Shown in pieces: positions 1 through 11,780 of a stretch of DNA of 64,000 bases (within the stretch, counting starts at the first letter, position 1; every line of letters starts with the position of its first letter). The translations under genes and the position numbers were made by a program. The notes beneath the pieces were generated by a model. The model was not told the origin of the DNA and did not search any database. It saw only the letters and a list, made by a program, of their open reading frames with translations. The stretch is from Eledone cirrhosa (taxonomy: Eukaryota). The DNA is taken from the NCBI GenBank assembly GCA_964016885.1, contig OZ024743.1, positions 339,946,001-340,010,000 on the forward strand, written 5' to 3'.

Positions 1-476
1 AAGTGTTAATCAACAAGCTGCTGTTTTGATTATAAATCTGATTGAAAACCTTGTCACCACTAGGTTTACTTTTCAGTGTTCTCTGGTATATTTCTGAAAT
101 AAATGTTTGGGTTGTTTCTGAGTCTTTATTTTTTAAATCTTAATCCTGTCATAATAATGTTATTTTTTTCATAATTCCATACAATAAATATCAAAACAAA
201 ACTTGAAGTACTCATAAACATGGAATCTATTTTGACCTAAATTTCATACTTGCTGGTATGTGTTAATGCATTGACATTGTAAAATTGTATTTTGATTGTG
301 TATGTATGCGTGAACATGTGTTTATTGTGCACACATGTATACATATAAGTGAAGTTTGTTTTACTACTTTGAATGTAATGGTGTGTTTACAGTGGTTGTC
401 TTCTATGTAACTTATGCTATCAAAAATAAAAACAAACTTTAACCTTTTTCTACAATTAAATTATCTTGGATATTAA

Positions 477-681
477 CCATTTAGCATTTACATTACTGTA
501 TATTTACTACTGTATTTTTATGGTAAACACTTTATCTCACATAATATCGAATCTATGAGATTTTTATATTTATTTTGAGAACAATACCTTAAAATTGGTA
601 TGAGTGGCTGGTTACAGCCAGTTTGAACAGAAAACGTTGAGAGAATTCTGACCAGATCTGGACGGTTTAAATACTAAAGGG
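477..681 (-). mobile_element. piggyBac-like MITE family A
   Basis: ttaa|ccatttagcattt...aaatactaaaggg|ttaa; same internal sequence as 47706-47926, reversed. Confidence 0.85.
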
Positions 682-748
682 TTAATGTTTGAACAATAAA
701 TATATGTTAATTGAAGAATGTTCCAAATTAGGAGGACAATAAATATAT

Positions 749-1018
749 ATTAATATCTGTTCAAAGTTTGAGGGCTTCCCAAGTTGGAGCATAATCCAGT
801 TTCTTAGGTTTAAATGACTGGGAGTACAATACTCTCCCTGGACAAGATGCCAGTCCATTGCAGGGTTTACCCTTAGTTACTGTGGGTACTCATTTTCAGC
901 TTAGTTTACTGGAGTAATGTGAAATAAAGTGTTCTGCTCAAGAACACAACATACAGAATTGAACCTATGCCATTACGATTATAAGTTCAATACCCTAACC
1001 ATTAAGCCACGTTCCTTC
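749..1018 (-). mobile_element. tRNA-derived SINE family B with a ccctgcaatggactggc-type tail
   Basis: Head tggcttaatggttaggg..ggttcaattc, core cttgagcagaacactttatttcac..cagctgaaaatgagtac, TSD-like acaataaatatat. Similar copy at ~10125-10395 (+). Confidence 0.8.
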
Positions 1019-1219
1019 ACAATAAATATATGAACACATAAAAATACCATTTATTTTTGTTTTGTGTTTAAGGAAAAGGCTTTTCAAAATATCTATCGAA
1101 AAAGAAATTGGCTTCCTAGTATTAAAATGTGTTTCTAGGTGCCTAAGTTCCCACAGTGACAAATAGGAGGATCTTTTGTTTTACTTGTTCATTTTTATTT
1201 TATTTTACCTTGTTTGCAG

Positions 1220-1758
1220 AGACTTGCTGTCCATCCTGTCGAAAACCCTTGCTTTTGTCCAAAAATAATATTGATGTATTACCACGAAATTTAGCTTTGG
1301 AAAATATAGTGATTCGGTTTCAAGAAATCTGTAGCGATTCTTTAATAAAGGGCAAAAACCAAAATTTATCTTCAAAATCACAGTTTCTTTTGAATAGAGA
1401 AGATTTGAATGTTCCAGGAATTTCAGAAGAATCTAAAGAGTTTTGTGAATTATGTGAAGGAAAATTTTGTGCCAAGGCTGAATGGTTCTGCCAACAATGT
1501 ACTGTGCTTTATTGTCAGGATTGTCTGGACAAATTTCATCCCCGCAGGGGATCACTGAGTCATCATCGAATTTGTAAAGCTTTTCAAAGTGCAATAGAAA
1601 ATAAGCCAATATTTTGTGGTGATCATAAGTCTGAGGTGACAAGTGTATTTTGTGACTCTTGCAAGATTTTAGCATGTCCTCTTTGTGTTTGTGATGGCAT
1701 TGGCAGACATTCTGGACATAAGATACTCACGAAAGATATGGCTTCAGAACAGATAAAG
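1220..1758 (+). CDS. TRIM E3 ligase-like gene, exon A (last RING CxxC, B-box1, B-box2); earlier exons lie upstream of the window
   Basis: Acceptor ttgtttgcag|a (1220) and donor aag|gtaagt (1759). Encodes CPSC, LPRNLALENIV, CELCEG..CQQC..YCQDC..HPRRGSLSHH (TRIM9/67-like B-box1) and CGDH..CDSC..CPLC..H..H (B-box2). Confidence 0.92.
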
Positions 1759-1828
1759 GTAAGTATTTAATAAATTTTGAACAGAAAATTGTGTAATAAA
1801 ATTCTTTGTAGTTTTAGCAGCCATTACT

Positions 1829-2145
1829 GCGAAGGCTTTGTGGTTAGGGTATTTGGCTTACAATAGTAAAGTTGTGAGATCAATTCCCAGCAACACGCTG
1901 TGTCCTTCAGCAAGACACTTTATTTCATGTTGCTTTTGTCCACTCAGCTGGCAAAAATGAGTTGTACCTGTAATTTGAATGGCCAGCCTTGTCACATTTT
2001 GTGTAACTCTAAATCTCACTGAGAACTACGTTAAGGGGATGCATGTCTATGGAATGCTCAGTCCCACACAGATTAATTTCATGAGCAGGCTGTTCTGTTG
2101 ATTGGATCAACTGGAACACTCATCATCGTAACCGACGGAGTGTCT
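1829..2145 (+). mobile_element. SINE family B with tail X
   Basis: Same core, then gccagccttgtcaca...catcgtaaccgacggagtg tail. Confidence 0.8.
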
Positions 2146-2575
2146 TCCATTCCATTCCATTGAGAAGAGTACATCTTTTCTACATTCTTATAAAGCTCAA
2201 CTTGAACTATCTTTTTGGTTGCAATTCTGAATGAATCAACATTCCCAAACCAACAGAAGACTTTCAGTATTCTTTTAAAAGCAATTTATCCAAAATATTG
2301 TAAATTCATTTGATTGTGCTTACTTAAAATATTATAAACTCGAGGCTATATACAACAGCTAGTTGGATTATAAACCTGATTTTATACCTTGCAATCACTG
2401 ACTTCAATATTCACTTTTCCAGTTATTTATTTCTGGAATGAATGTCTGGCTTGTTTAGATTTTATTTTTAATTCTTAATCTTAAGTTCATGGTAAATGAT
2501 TCAGTGGAGAAAAGAAAATAGAATATAGACAAAGAATATGTAGTAGAACTGATAAGATACCGGGAAAATAATAAT

Positions 2576-2771
2576 TGTTTCTACTTTTGGCACAAGGCTG
2601 GCAATTCCCCAGTGCATTACTGGTGCTTTATTTTATCGGCCCCATAAGGATGAAAGGCAAAGCTAACCTTGGCAGGATTTAAACTCAGAATATAAAGGGC
2701 CATAACTCTATGCAGCCAAGCATGGTGTCCGATGCTCTACCAATACTGCCTAGTCCACCGCCCTGACATCA
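2576..2771 (-). mobile_element. SINE family A
   Basis: Same core; TSD gggaaaataataat. Confidence 0.85.
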
Positions 2772-4048
2772 GGGAAAATAATAATAGGAATTGTTCAGTT
2801 GTTTGCATAAAGAGAAACCTGATGTACAATAATTTCTTTAACGATGTATGAAATTATATTCTGAATATATAATTAACAATGTTTTTTTTCTCCTCTTCCT
2901 ACCTACAATATGTTTTGCCAATAACATTTCCTAGTATGTTGTAAAATTATATGATGTATTTTAATTACTATTCATATTGATCAGCTTTAAAATCAATTAC
3001 TTATTTATTTTTAAATAGTCCCAAAATATGAATATGAGCTATATCTGTTATTTAGGCTCATGAAATTAGGACACAAATTTTGTACAATTATGTAAATGAG
3101 ATATGGCTGGACATATTTTTGCATTTTAATAAGTATTCTAATTTCACTTGACATCTGGGGAAGAAGTAAATTCATCAAGTAGCAATGAAACTGGCAGATT
3201 CTATCTGCCATCTTTGCTGTTGAAAAGTTCCTTGTTGGGTATTGCTAAACATATATGGATATAACCTCTGTTGGTTTCAATGATGATCATTCAGTTGTTA
3301 GATAATTTGATTGACCTACTCTTTAAATTAACATGCAAATAGCTAAGTATTGCACAGGTACCATGTATACTCTTAATGTAATTCTCAAACAGTCAGCATG
3401 ACAATAATATGTGATAAAGCTGAACCTTTGAATTGCTAGCACAGTCCACCTGATGAGCTTCTGTGCATTGGAATCAAACCTGGAAACTCATGGTAGCAAA
3501 ATGAACTTCTTAACCACTCAACCATGACCATGTCCACTATTAGTTCTTTGGTAACTTTGATTATTTTGAATGCACACTTTTAATGTATTTTGTGGGGTTT
3601 TATGCATGACTCTTTTGTGGAAGTTGACAAGAAAAAATGTTAAACAACTTTGGCCATTTCTGAGTGATGTCACCTCTTATGAAAAATCTCTAAAAGTTGT
3701 ATAAAATAATGTAACGGTATGGTTAACCTATATTTTAATTGTTGCAGTGTACAGGTCTGCATTATTAATGGGATCTACATATTGTAAACCATATCAATCA
3801 ACCCGTTTGATCTCTCTCACTTCTCTCTTTCTCCCCTGTTGCTTTTGCTTTTTAGTTGCTCATCTTACCCTCTTCTCTCTAGCTTTTGCTGTTTGCTCTG
3901 ATTTACAGAAGTAATGAAGAAACACTTCGTGTTACATTACCACTGTCAGAGTAACCTTAACTCATTAAAGGATGAACATAACTTAGCAATGGAATTTACT
4001 GAAATATCCCTCTATTTGCATATAAAAGTGAGAATTGATTTTAAAAAT

Positions 4049-4084
<36 letters not shown>

Positions 4085-4153
4085 CAATCTTCAATATATT
4101 TTATGAAATTAATCATTCATAAAGGCTTATCAATTTTATTATTCGTTATCTAG

Positions 4154-4249
4154 GAGTTTGTTCAGAAAACAAAAGGACGTTTAGATAATGTACTCAGGGA
4201 TATCTTGGCACAAACCTCAAAAATGGAAGAGACAAAAGATGAAATTAAG
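4154..4249 (+). CDS. TRIM exon B (96 nt, start of coiled coil)
   Basis: tag|GAG...AAG|gtatgg, phase 0-0, encoding EFVQKTKGRLDNVLRDILAQTSKMEETKDEIK. A 96-nt exon after the B-box is typical of TRIM genes. Confidence 0.88.
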
Positions 4250-4498
4250 GTATGGTTCTAAACTTATAATGATTAGTGTCAATATCAGTTTGCCACCATT
4301 GGTTGCATTTGAGGCCTAGATTGAGTATACTTAGGAATATTGTAATATATAGAACAGCACAATATCTTTTAACCCTTTTCAGATGAAACTGCCAGAAACT
4401 AACCCTAGTTCTGCAATACAAAACTTGGTTTTAAGGTGTTTATATTTATCTTCCAGAATTTTATATAAAAACCTTAAGCTACTTCAAATGCTATTTAA

Positions 4499-4716
4499 CC
4501 TTTTAGCATTTAAACCGGTTATATCCGTCCAGAATTCCCTTATCTCTTTTTGTTTAAACTGGCTGTAACCAGTCACTCATACTGATGTTAAGGTATTGTT
4601 TTCAAAATAAATATAAAAATCTCGTAGATTCGATATTATGCGAGATAATTATGTAAGGTAAAGCCTTTACTGTGAAAATATAATAGTAAACATAGAGTAA
4701 TGTAAATACTAAAGAG
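4499..4716 (+). mobile_element. piggyBac-like MITE family A, nested in a family B MITE (~4372-4826)
   Basis: ttaa|ccttttagcattt...aaatactaaagag|ttaa. The flanks resemble the 46960-47204 element. Confidence 0.85.
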
Positions 4717-5855
4717 TTAATCATGAGTTAGTTGTTTTACTAAATACCTCCAAATCCTAGATTATTTTCCAAACTATTTGAAAATCATAGGCAATATCTT
4801 TCATTAGTAATATTGTAATGGAAATGTTAATCTATCCTCAACAGTGTAGGCTTTGTAGAGAAGAGTATTAAGAGTAAAACTCAACAACATACTCCTCAAA
4901 CAAAATGCTTAATTCTGTTTTCTGCTTATCATTTGGAAATATGGTCTATCTATTCTAAACTAGATACACACAGATGACTGGGCAAGAGGAGTGATAGAAA
5001 TAAATGTGGAAGTAGAGGAAGGGGAAGACAAAGAAAAACATGGCTAAAGATGGAGGAAAGGAAAGCCAGGAAGTTGGTGAGGGGGTGTGCAGAGGTTAGA
5101 GCAAAATGAAGAAGATTGTCAATGGGCCTGATTTAGCAAGGAAAAATGGTTTTTAAATGCTTGTAGTTGTTTGCTATGAACTGTTTAGCCCTTATATTAT
5201 TATTTCATTAAGTTGGACTTTAAGGTTTATGAGTTTGTATTTTTTAGTAAACATACATTTAGTATCACTGCCAAAAGGTAGACACCATGTTAAAACCACA
5301 TGTTTTTCTCTGTGGCAAGAACAAGAGATTAATCTGACTAGTGCCTAAATTTTCACAATGAAGCTGCATGCTTAGTAAATACAAGTCCCATAAATTTATC
5401 CTGAATTTCTACTTAGCCCAATGCTATGTGATGCTTCTATTAATTCCCATTGCCAGTACTTTCACTATTATGCAAATCAGATAAACCAAGTGTGTGTATA
5501 CTATAAATAGCTAAGTTATTTTCTCTATTACAGATAAGTAACCAGTCTCTGAGATTTTTATTAATGATGAAATGATTTCTTTTTCTGGTCACAGAAAATA
5601 AAACTGATTTCACCAGTATCTACCTTTTTATAGTAAGGTTATGTGTTTATGAAAAAAAATCATGCTTCAAAGTGTATTCTACATTCCTACTTATTTTAAC
5701 ACATTGTAGTGCTTTTATATTTCATTGTAAAACCCCCACTCTCTCTCTGTATATATTTCTCTCTGCCTCTCATTGTAACCATTCTCACTTCTTACAAACC
5801 CACTTGTTAGTTTAAAATTGATTGATTTAGTTAAACTAATTTTGTTTTCCGCAAG

Positions 5856-6154
5856 CTCTTGCATGGTGAGGCATCAAGAAAGATTTCAGAACAATATCAA
5901 CACATACTTAATGATATTGTTGCTATAATCAGCTTTGAAAAGTCTGTCCACCTCAATAATCTCAATGAAATAAAAGAAAAAGCTATATCATCCCTCGAGT
6001 TGCATTTAAATAATAACACAAAGCGGAGTTTGTCAATAGATGGAATGGTTGATGACTGTAAAAGAATAGCCAGTGAGGAAAGTAAGTGAGAAGTATTAGA
6101 GCAAGCTTCTGATGTTTTCACAATTCAAGCTCAAGAGGAGGAACTATCAAACGA
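5856..6154 (+). CDS. TRIM exon C (coiled coil) with two donors (6082 and 6155) and an in-frame TGA at 6087-6089
   Basis: Acceptor ttttccgcaag|ctc in phase 0. Helical LLHGEASRKISEQYQHILND...SEESK*EVLEQASDVFTIQAQEEELSN. GTAAGT at 6082 and at 6155. Confidence 0.8.
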
Positions 6155-6572
6155 GTAAGTCAATTATAAATTAATTTATTTAATAAATATTTTAAACTCT
6201 ATTCTTTTATTCTTTGACTGGTTTCAGTTATTAGAGTGTGGTTATTTTGGGGTACCACTCTCAAGGAATTTTGTTGATCATATCGATTCAAGTACTTATT
6301 TTTAAAAAGTATGGTTCTTATTTTATATATCTGTATTTGTTAAACTGCTAATTTGTAGAATATAAACAAACAGTAAATGTAGACACACGCACATGTGACG
6401 ATGTTCTATTTGGTTTCTATTATATTTCATTCACAAGGTATTAGTCAACTCGAGGCTATAATGGAAGACACTTATCTAAGGTGCAATGCAGTGGAACTGC
6501 ACTCATGTGGTTGTGAAGTGAACTTCTTAAACATACACCCATACTTTTGCCTATTTCTTTCATTATTCCTTA

Positions 6573-6700
6573 TTATTTTTTGCCATTCTGAGTTCAAATC
6601 CCGCCGAGGTTAACTTTGCCTTTTATCCGTATGGGGTCGATAAAATAAAGTACCAGTAATGCACTGGATAATTGCTGGCCTTGTGCCAAACGTGGAAACA
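6573..6700 (+). mobile_element. SINE family A, 5' truncated
   Basis: Same core; TSD attattcctta. Further degenerate copies near 20470, 24650, 49600, 51930, 56100 and 61000. Confidence 0.85.
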
Positions 6701-8097
6701 ATTATTCCTTAATGTAGAAATTTTATGAGACTGTTAAGTAAAAGTGTTGAATTAGTAACCACAGGGTCATGAATTAAAACCCAACATCAATAATTGTATT
6801 TTGTCCAGTAAAAAGGAATATTACTTTGCTTTCCTGCCACTTTACAAATTGACTGATTAGGAAGAATTTTAGCTATAAAAATGCTATCAAAATGCAATCA
6901 AATACATGAAAAAATAACAATTACATCACAGAAGTAATGTTTGTTTTTTAAGTCATAAAAAACATACAAAATTTGTTATATTTACTTTTCATTTATTTCA
7001 TGGTATCAATATTTTTGTTGCACCTCTGTGACCTAATCACTGAACCAGTGCCACTGCAACTGGTTGAAATTTAGTTACCAATGAGTTTTTATCAGCTTCA
7101 GGTTTTTTCTACTTGTTGAATTTAAGCATGGACAACAAACAAAAATGAGTTAAGAGAAAAATTGGGTATAAGAGAAATTATATATAGTGTGCAGGAGAGA
7201 AGATACAGACTCATAATGTACATGTATGGTGATAATTGGGTGATGAAGTGACGGGAGTTCCAAATGGAATAAAGCTATGGAAGTGGAAGTCCAAGAAATT
7301 CCTCGGCAGAGGTGGTGAAGGCTGATCTCGGAATATTGAACCTCATGAAGGAGATGACAAAGAAAAGAAAAAAATGTGGAGGGGTGCTATTCTGGAGGGG
7401 ACTTGTCTAGCCCATGCAAACATGGAAAAATGTGCATATTCTCTAAAATTAACACACAGTAGCACAGAGTTGCCAGATTGGACTTCATGTGACAGATTAT
7501 GCTACTTTTCAGAATGGCACACTATTTGTTTTTCAATTTATGCTGCTTGCTATTTCACAATTTTTACATTAAGAATCCTATTAAATATTAAATGAAATGA
7601 TCAAATTATCAACAAAGTAAATTAAAACCAGCTCACGAGCAATCCTTATATATGTGTGTGTTTAAATAGTGACTCCAGCATTTCAACTTAGGAGTCCTTT
7701 ATTCAGTGCAAGTTGAATGTGTTTATTACACAAACCTATAAAATAAGTGTGTGTATATTATGTGTATGTATGTGTGTATATATGCATGGGTGTGTGTGTG
7801 TATATATGTACAAATTCTGGTCGAATTTGAGAAGTACAGAGTTTGATTCCCTATCAGTGGCTGTTGGCCACTTTTTTCTATCTAGAGGGGTATTTTGCCT
7901 GATTGCTCACAGCTATTTTCCTGTGTTAGAGATATTCTACATTTTCTAGACATTTCAACTTACTCGATGCTCCAATGTTTATAAATTTACTAGAAAAATT
8001 TCCATTTTGTCTATTTCTAACATAATCTACTACTTTTTATGAAATTGATCGGACTTTTTGAATTAGCTTCCTACTAAAAATAAATTGTCATTATCAG

Positions 8098-8219
8098 GTT
8101 GAAGCAGATGGAACCTTTTTACCAGGAGCTAATCATTGAAAGGTCAGCTCAGCAATGCCTTCGATCTGTTGTAACTCACTTTCGAAATGCTGTTTTCAAT
8201 AATCTGGAAATTTTTCTTG
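8098..8219 (+). CDS. TRIM exon D (122 nt)
   Basis: ttatcag|g...cttg|gtatgt, open frame LKQMEPFYQELIIERSAQQCLRSVVTHFRNAVFNNLEIFL. The phase 2 start fits the 6155 donor and the phase 1 end fits the 9058 acceptor. Confidence 0.7.
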
Positions 8220-9057
8220 GTATGTATATTTAAAATTTTTTTAAGGCGATAAACTCATGTTGCTGCACAATGAAAAGAAAGAAAAATATCTATTATTTGG
8301 CGAGGACCTTCATCCTAGAAGTCTGGTTATTATTTTACTAAATTACCTAGCTTGAAAACAACAGGATCACTCACATTGTGGCTTGATTTTATCTGACAGA
8401 AAAGTATCTGTGTAGCTATTAACTCTAACAACACTTATGCAAACAAAACAAATGGATGTAAACCCTGCTAAGAAAATATTTTCCACTATTACAGGTATCA
8501 TCATGAATAGCTAAGCAAGCTGAGCCACAAAAACAAGATCAATGATATATTTGATTCTAAGAGGGAATTTAATATATTTGTAAATTTTTTTATTTTTTTT
8601 TTATAAACGTTTGAAAAATAAATAAAACAAAATCACTAACATTTATAGAAATTGGTACTCCGATATATATTTTCTCTGCATTGTTTAAAAAACTGAGAGA
8701 ATTTCACTTGAATAAAAGCATCTAAAAAGAGTTTGGCATTGTAGTAATGCTAATTGTAGTATAGTCTTTTTAAGACTTGTTAATTGAGTTTTAGACAGGA
8801 GTTCAATATAATTATATAAAATATTGTGGTTGACAATGTTGAATTTCTGTTGATAGCATTCACAAAGGCACAACAGTTGAATGAATATTGCATCTTACTT
8901 GGTGTTGTAATGTTGCTTTTTGATTGAAAATGCAACATGCTATAAAATTGGATGTACTACCCTTCTCTTACATATGTAGCTAACCTTAGGAAGAACTGTA
9001 AAACATACATCCCCCACCACATATATCTAATGACAATTATTTTACATTATTTTACAG

Positions 9058-9620
9058 ATGATGATGATGAGAACGAGTGTGATAGTATTGTACCTATGAT
9101 GCAGGCATCACCATCACCAAGCAAACTGAGTGGTGTTCGTGTGCAGAATAAGTGTCTGATGACATGGGGGTTTAATTCTACGACATTCACTGCAGAAGCT
9201 TTAAATGGTAATGCATTTTGGTCAGTGAACTTGGAATGTAACTCTTCTCATATGGGTGATCTCGCATCAAATTATGTGTTTGGAGTTGGAATAGCTTCAG
9301 AACGATTAACTTACAAAGATCAAGTAGGTTCTCACGAGAAATCCATTGGCATAATTTGTAGCTCAGGCTCTATTCAATTCTGTAAAAATGGAGTCTCAGA
9401 GTTTCTCATGTCGCTAGAAAAACCTCCCCTATCAATTACACTTTTTGTACGTTTTGATTATGAAAACATGATTGTTTTTGGATACAAATTATCAAATAGC
9501 AGCTGGGGTGATATTTTGTCAGGGAAAAAGCTTATAAAAGATCTTTCATCAACCGAAAATCTTTATCCAGTTTTTACAGTTAGTCAAAAAGTCAAGATGA
9601 CCTTCTCTAAAAATGTTTGA
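9058..9620 (+). CDS. TRIM terminal exon, SPRY/B30.2-like domain
   Basis: Acceptor ttattttacag|at (phase 1). FWSV..YVFGVGIA..KDQVG..SIG and C-terminal LYPVF are SPRY-like. Stop TGA at 9618-9620. Confidence 0.85.
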
Positions 9621-10589
9621 CTATCAATATTTTTTAATGATTTTAAATATTTTTTTTGTTAATGATATCTGTTATAAACTGCTGGTTTTATGTTTTTATA
9701 TATACCATATATATTTTATATGGTTTTATATATTACATATATTTCAATGTATCAAAAATAATTGTTGTCTGCATCATTAACTGATAACTCCAGTTACAGG
9801 GTGGCTTCACTTACCCCATTTAGTGTTGGAGGCCTTGAGAAAGGTTATGGGTTCTTAATGCCCTTCCTCCTCTAAGCCATTAAAAAAGAATTCTGAACAG
9901 CAACTACATCAACTTCACTAGTCTGAGAGGATTGGCAAAGGTGGTGTGTGCTGCCTCACTTCCTTCAACTAAATAATTGGAAAAGAAAACGTTAACATAA
10001 CAAGAATGTATGAACATCTAATTTATTTGGATGGATTTTCTAAGCCAATATAAAATCAAAAATTAGGTTGACCAATATTCTATAAGCTGTAATATTTTTC
10101 CTGGACCTTTCTAGTTTAAAGTGAAGGCATTTGCCCTCACATTTGAGCTCATGGTTATAAGATTATGGATTCAATTTCTGGACTAGAAAGTATGTTACAT
10201 CCTTGGACAGGACACTTCACTTCACATTGCTTTTGTCAACTCATCAACTCAGCTAAAAAAAAGTATGAGGACCAGCAACTGGTTGATAACTCTGTAACTG
10301 ACTAGCTTCCCATCTAGGTGGCTGTCATATACTCTTGTACAGTCACTTAATGTCAATGAAATTGGGATAAGCTTAGTCAATCTTTTGGCTTGAGACAGTT
10401 TAGTTAAATATCTAGCTTGGATACTTTCTTGTATGTTTTCTCACTAGTGAGACAGCATTGATAATAGCTGCAACCTCTCAATAGAAAATTGTTGTACCTC
10501 TATTGAAGGTACATACTGTCATGTCTCTTGGTAATAATTCCTTCAACATGCCACCACCATAAATGAAATTTAAGGGTCAGTTCACCTCA

Positions 10590-10930
10590 TGGTCCTGGCT
10601 GACATGATGAAGACATTGCCCTGAAGGTTGGTGAGGGAGACATGCTGGAACAGCCACTCCACCTCACGGGGCCTTGTACTTGCAGGTAGCCAACTCCATT
10701 CCAATAGTAAGTAGGGATGAGGTCTGGGAGCCAGGAATGCCAGAAGTCTCTAATGCCACAGGTTCAATCACAAACCGATCAGAGAGTGGACAGCGCTCTT
10801 TGGCCTGGCAGGCAGCAAAGCCTGGGCTGGTAGCCAAACATACCAGGTTGTCATTAGAAAAGTATCACATTTGGCATCCAAGATAAGGGGCCTACTCTTG
10901 CAGAATGGATCTCAGTTTTTCCATACTATC
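10590..10930 (-). mobile_element. CRE-clade non-LTR retrotransposon RLE C-terminal relic
   Basis: LILDAKCDTF..PGFAA..FVIEPVALETSG..IG..REVEWLFQHVSL..QGN. Confidence 0.7.
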
Positions 10931-11333
10931 AAGAAAAACTGTTCCACTCATACTCTGTTGTTGAGGGCATGCAGCTGTAAAATTATTTTTCTTTCTCACA
11001 GAAAAATCTTATCAGAAATATATAAAAAAAAAAAAATGGTTAAAAAATAAAACTACCCTTGAACTGGATGGAACGAGAATAGATAAGGACAGCAAATTAT
11101 CATCATTGCATGCATGTCTGTTGTTGAGTGTAACATGGAAGGAAGTGTTTGTGAAACTGGGGCAGAATAAATAAAACATATTTTTGTTAACACATCTTAT
11201 TGTTTTTTTCATTGATATGTATACTTCTTGCGGATAAAAAAAAACCCACACACACACTCACTCTCTCTCTCTTTTACAACTGCTTTTTTCTGTTTGCATG
11301 TGTTTCTAAGGAAAGTTTCCTGGCCCTTCTTGA

Positions 11334-11376
<43 letters not shown>

Positions 11377-11780
11377 GTTCAAGAGTAACCAATCTTAAAG
11401 AGAGAGATGGAGATATGAGAGGAGAGATTGGTGATATAGTAAAAACCAATATATGGAACATTATATTATGTAACATTATCATTATTTTTATTTATATTCA
11501 TTTGAAGTTCCGATGAGCCGCTCTCTTTTAAATATGTTAATTATTTTCAACTGAACCAGATCAATTATGATATATAGTCATCTGATCCAGAAATATTATA
11601 CGGAGTAGCGAAACAATTGTAAATGGACATTATTATTATTAATATTATTATTATTATTCTCTACATTCCTTACATCAAACTAAAATATGTTGACAATCTT
11701 TTAATAATGTCTTCCTTGTGAAATTTGTGGTCTTGTTTTGCTTAACTAATGAATATATATATATATATATATATATATGA

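Noticed and set aside
1156-1219. ORF-track N-terminus of the 204-aa ORF (likewise 8952-9057 of the 222-aa ORF)
   Set aside because: Intronic polypyrimidine sequence upstream of clear splice acceptors; not real starts.
6087-6089. Selenocysteine reading of the in-frame TGA
   Set aside because: Coiled-coil context with no redox motif, and I could not identify a SECIS.
9618-9665. TRIM terminal stop in a TGA-CTA readthrough-like context
   Set aside because: It is TGA CTA T, not the full TGA CTAG motif, and the extension would be 13 low-complexity residues.
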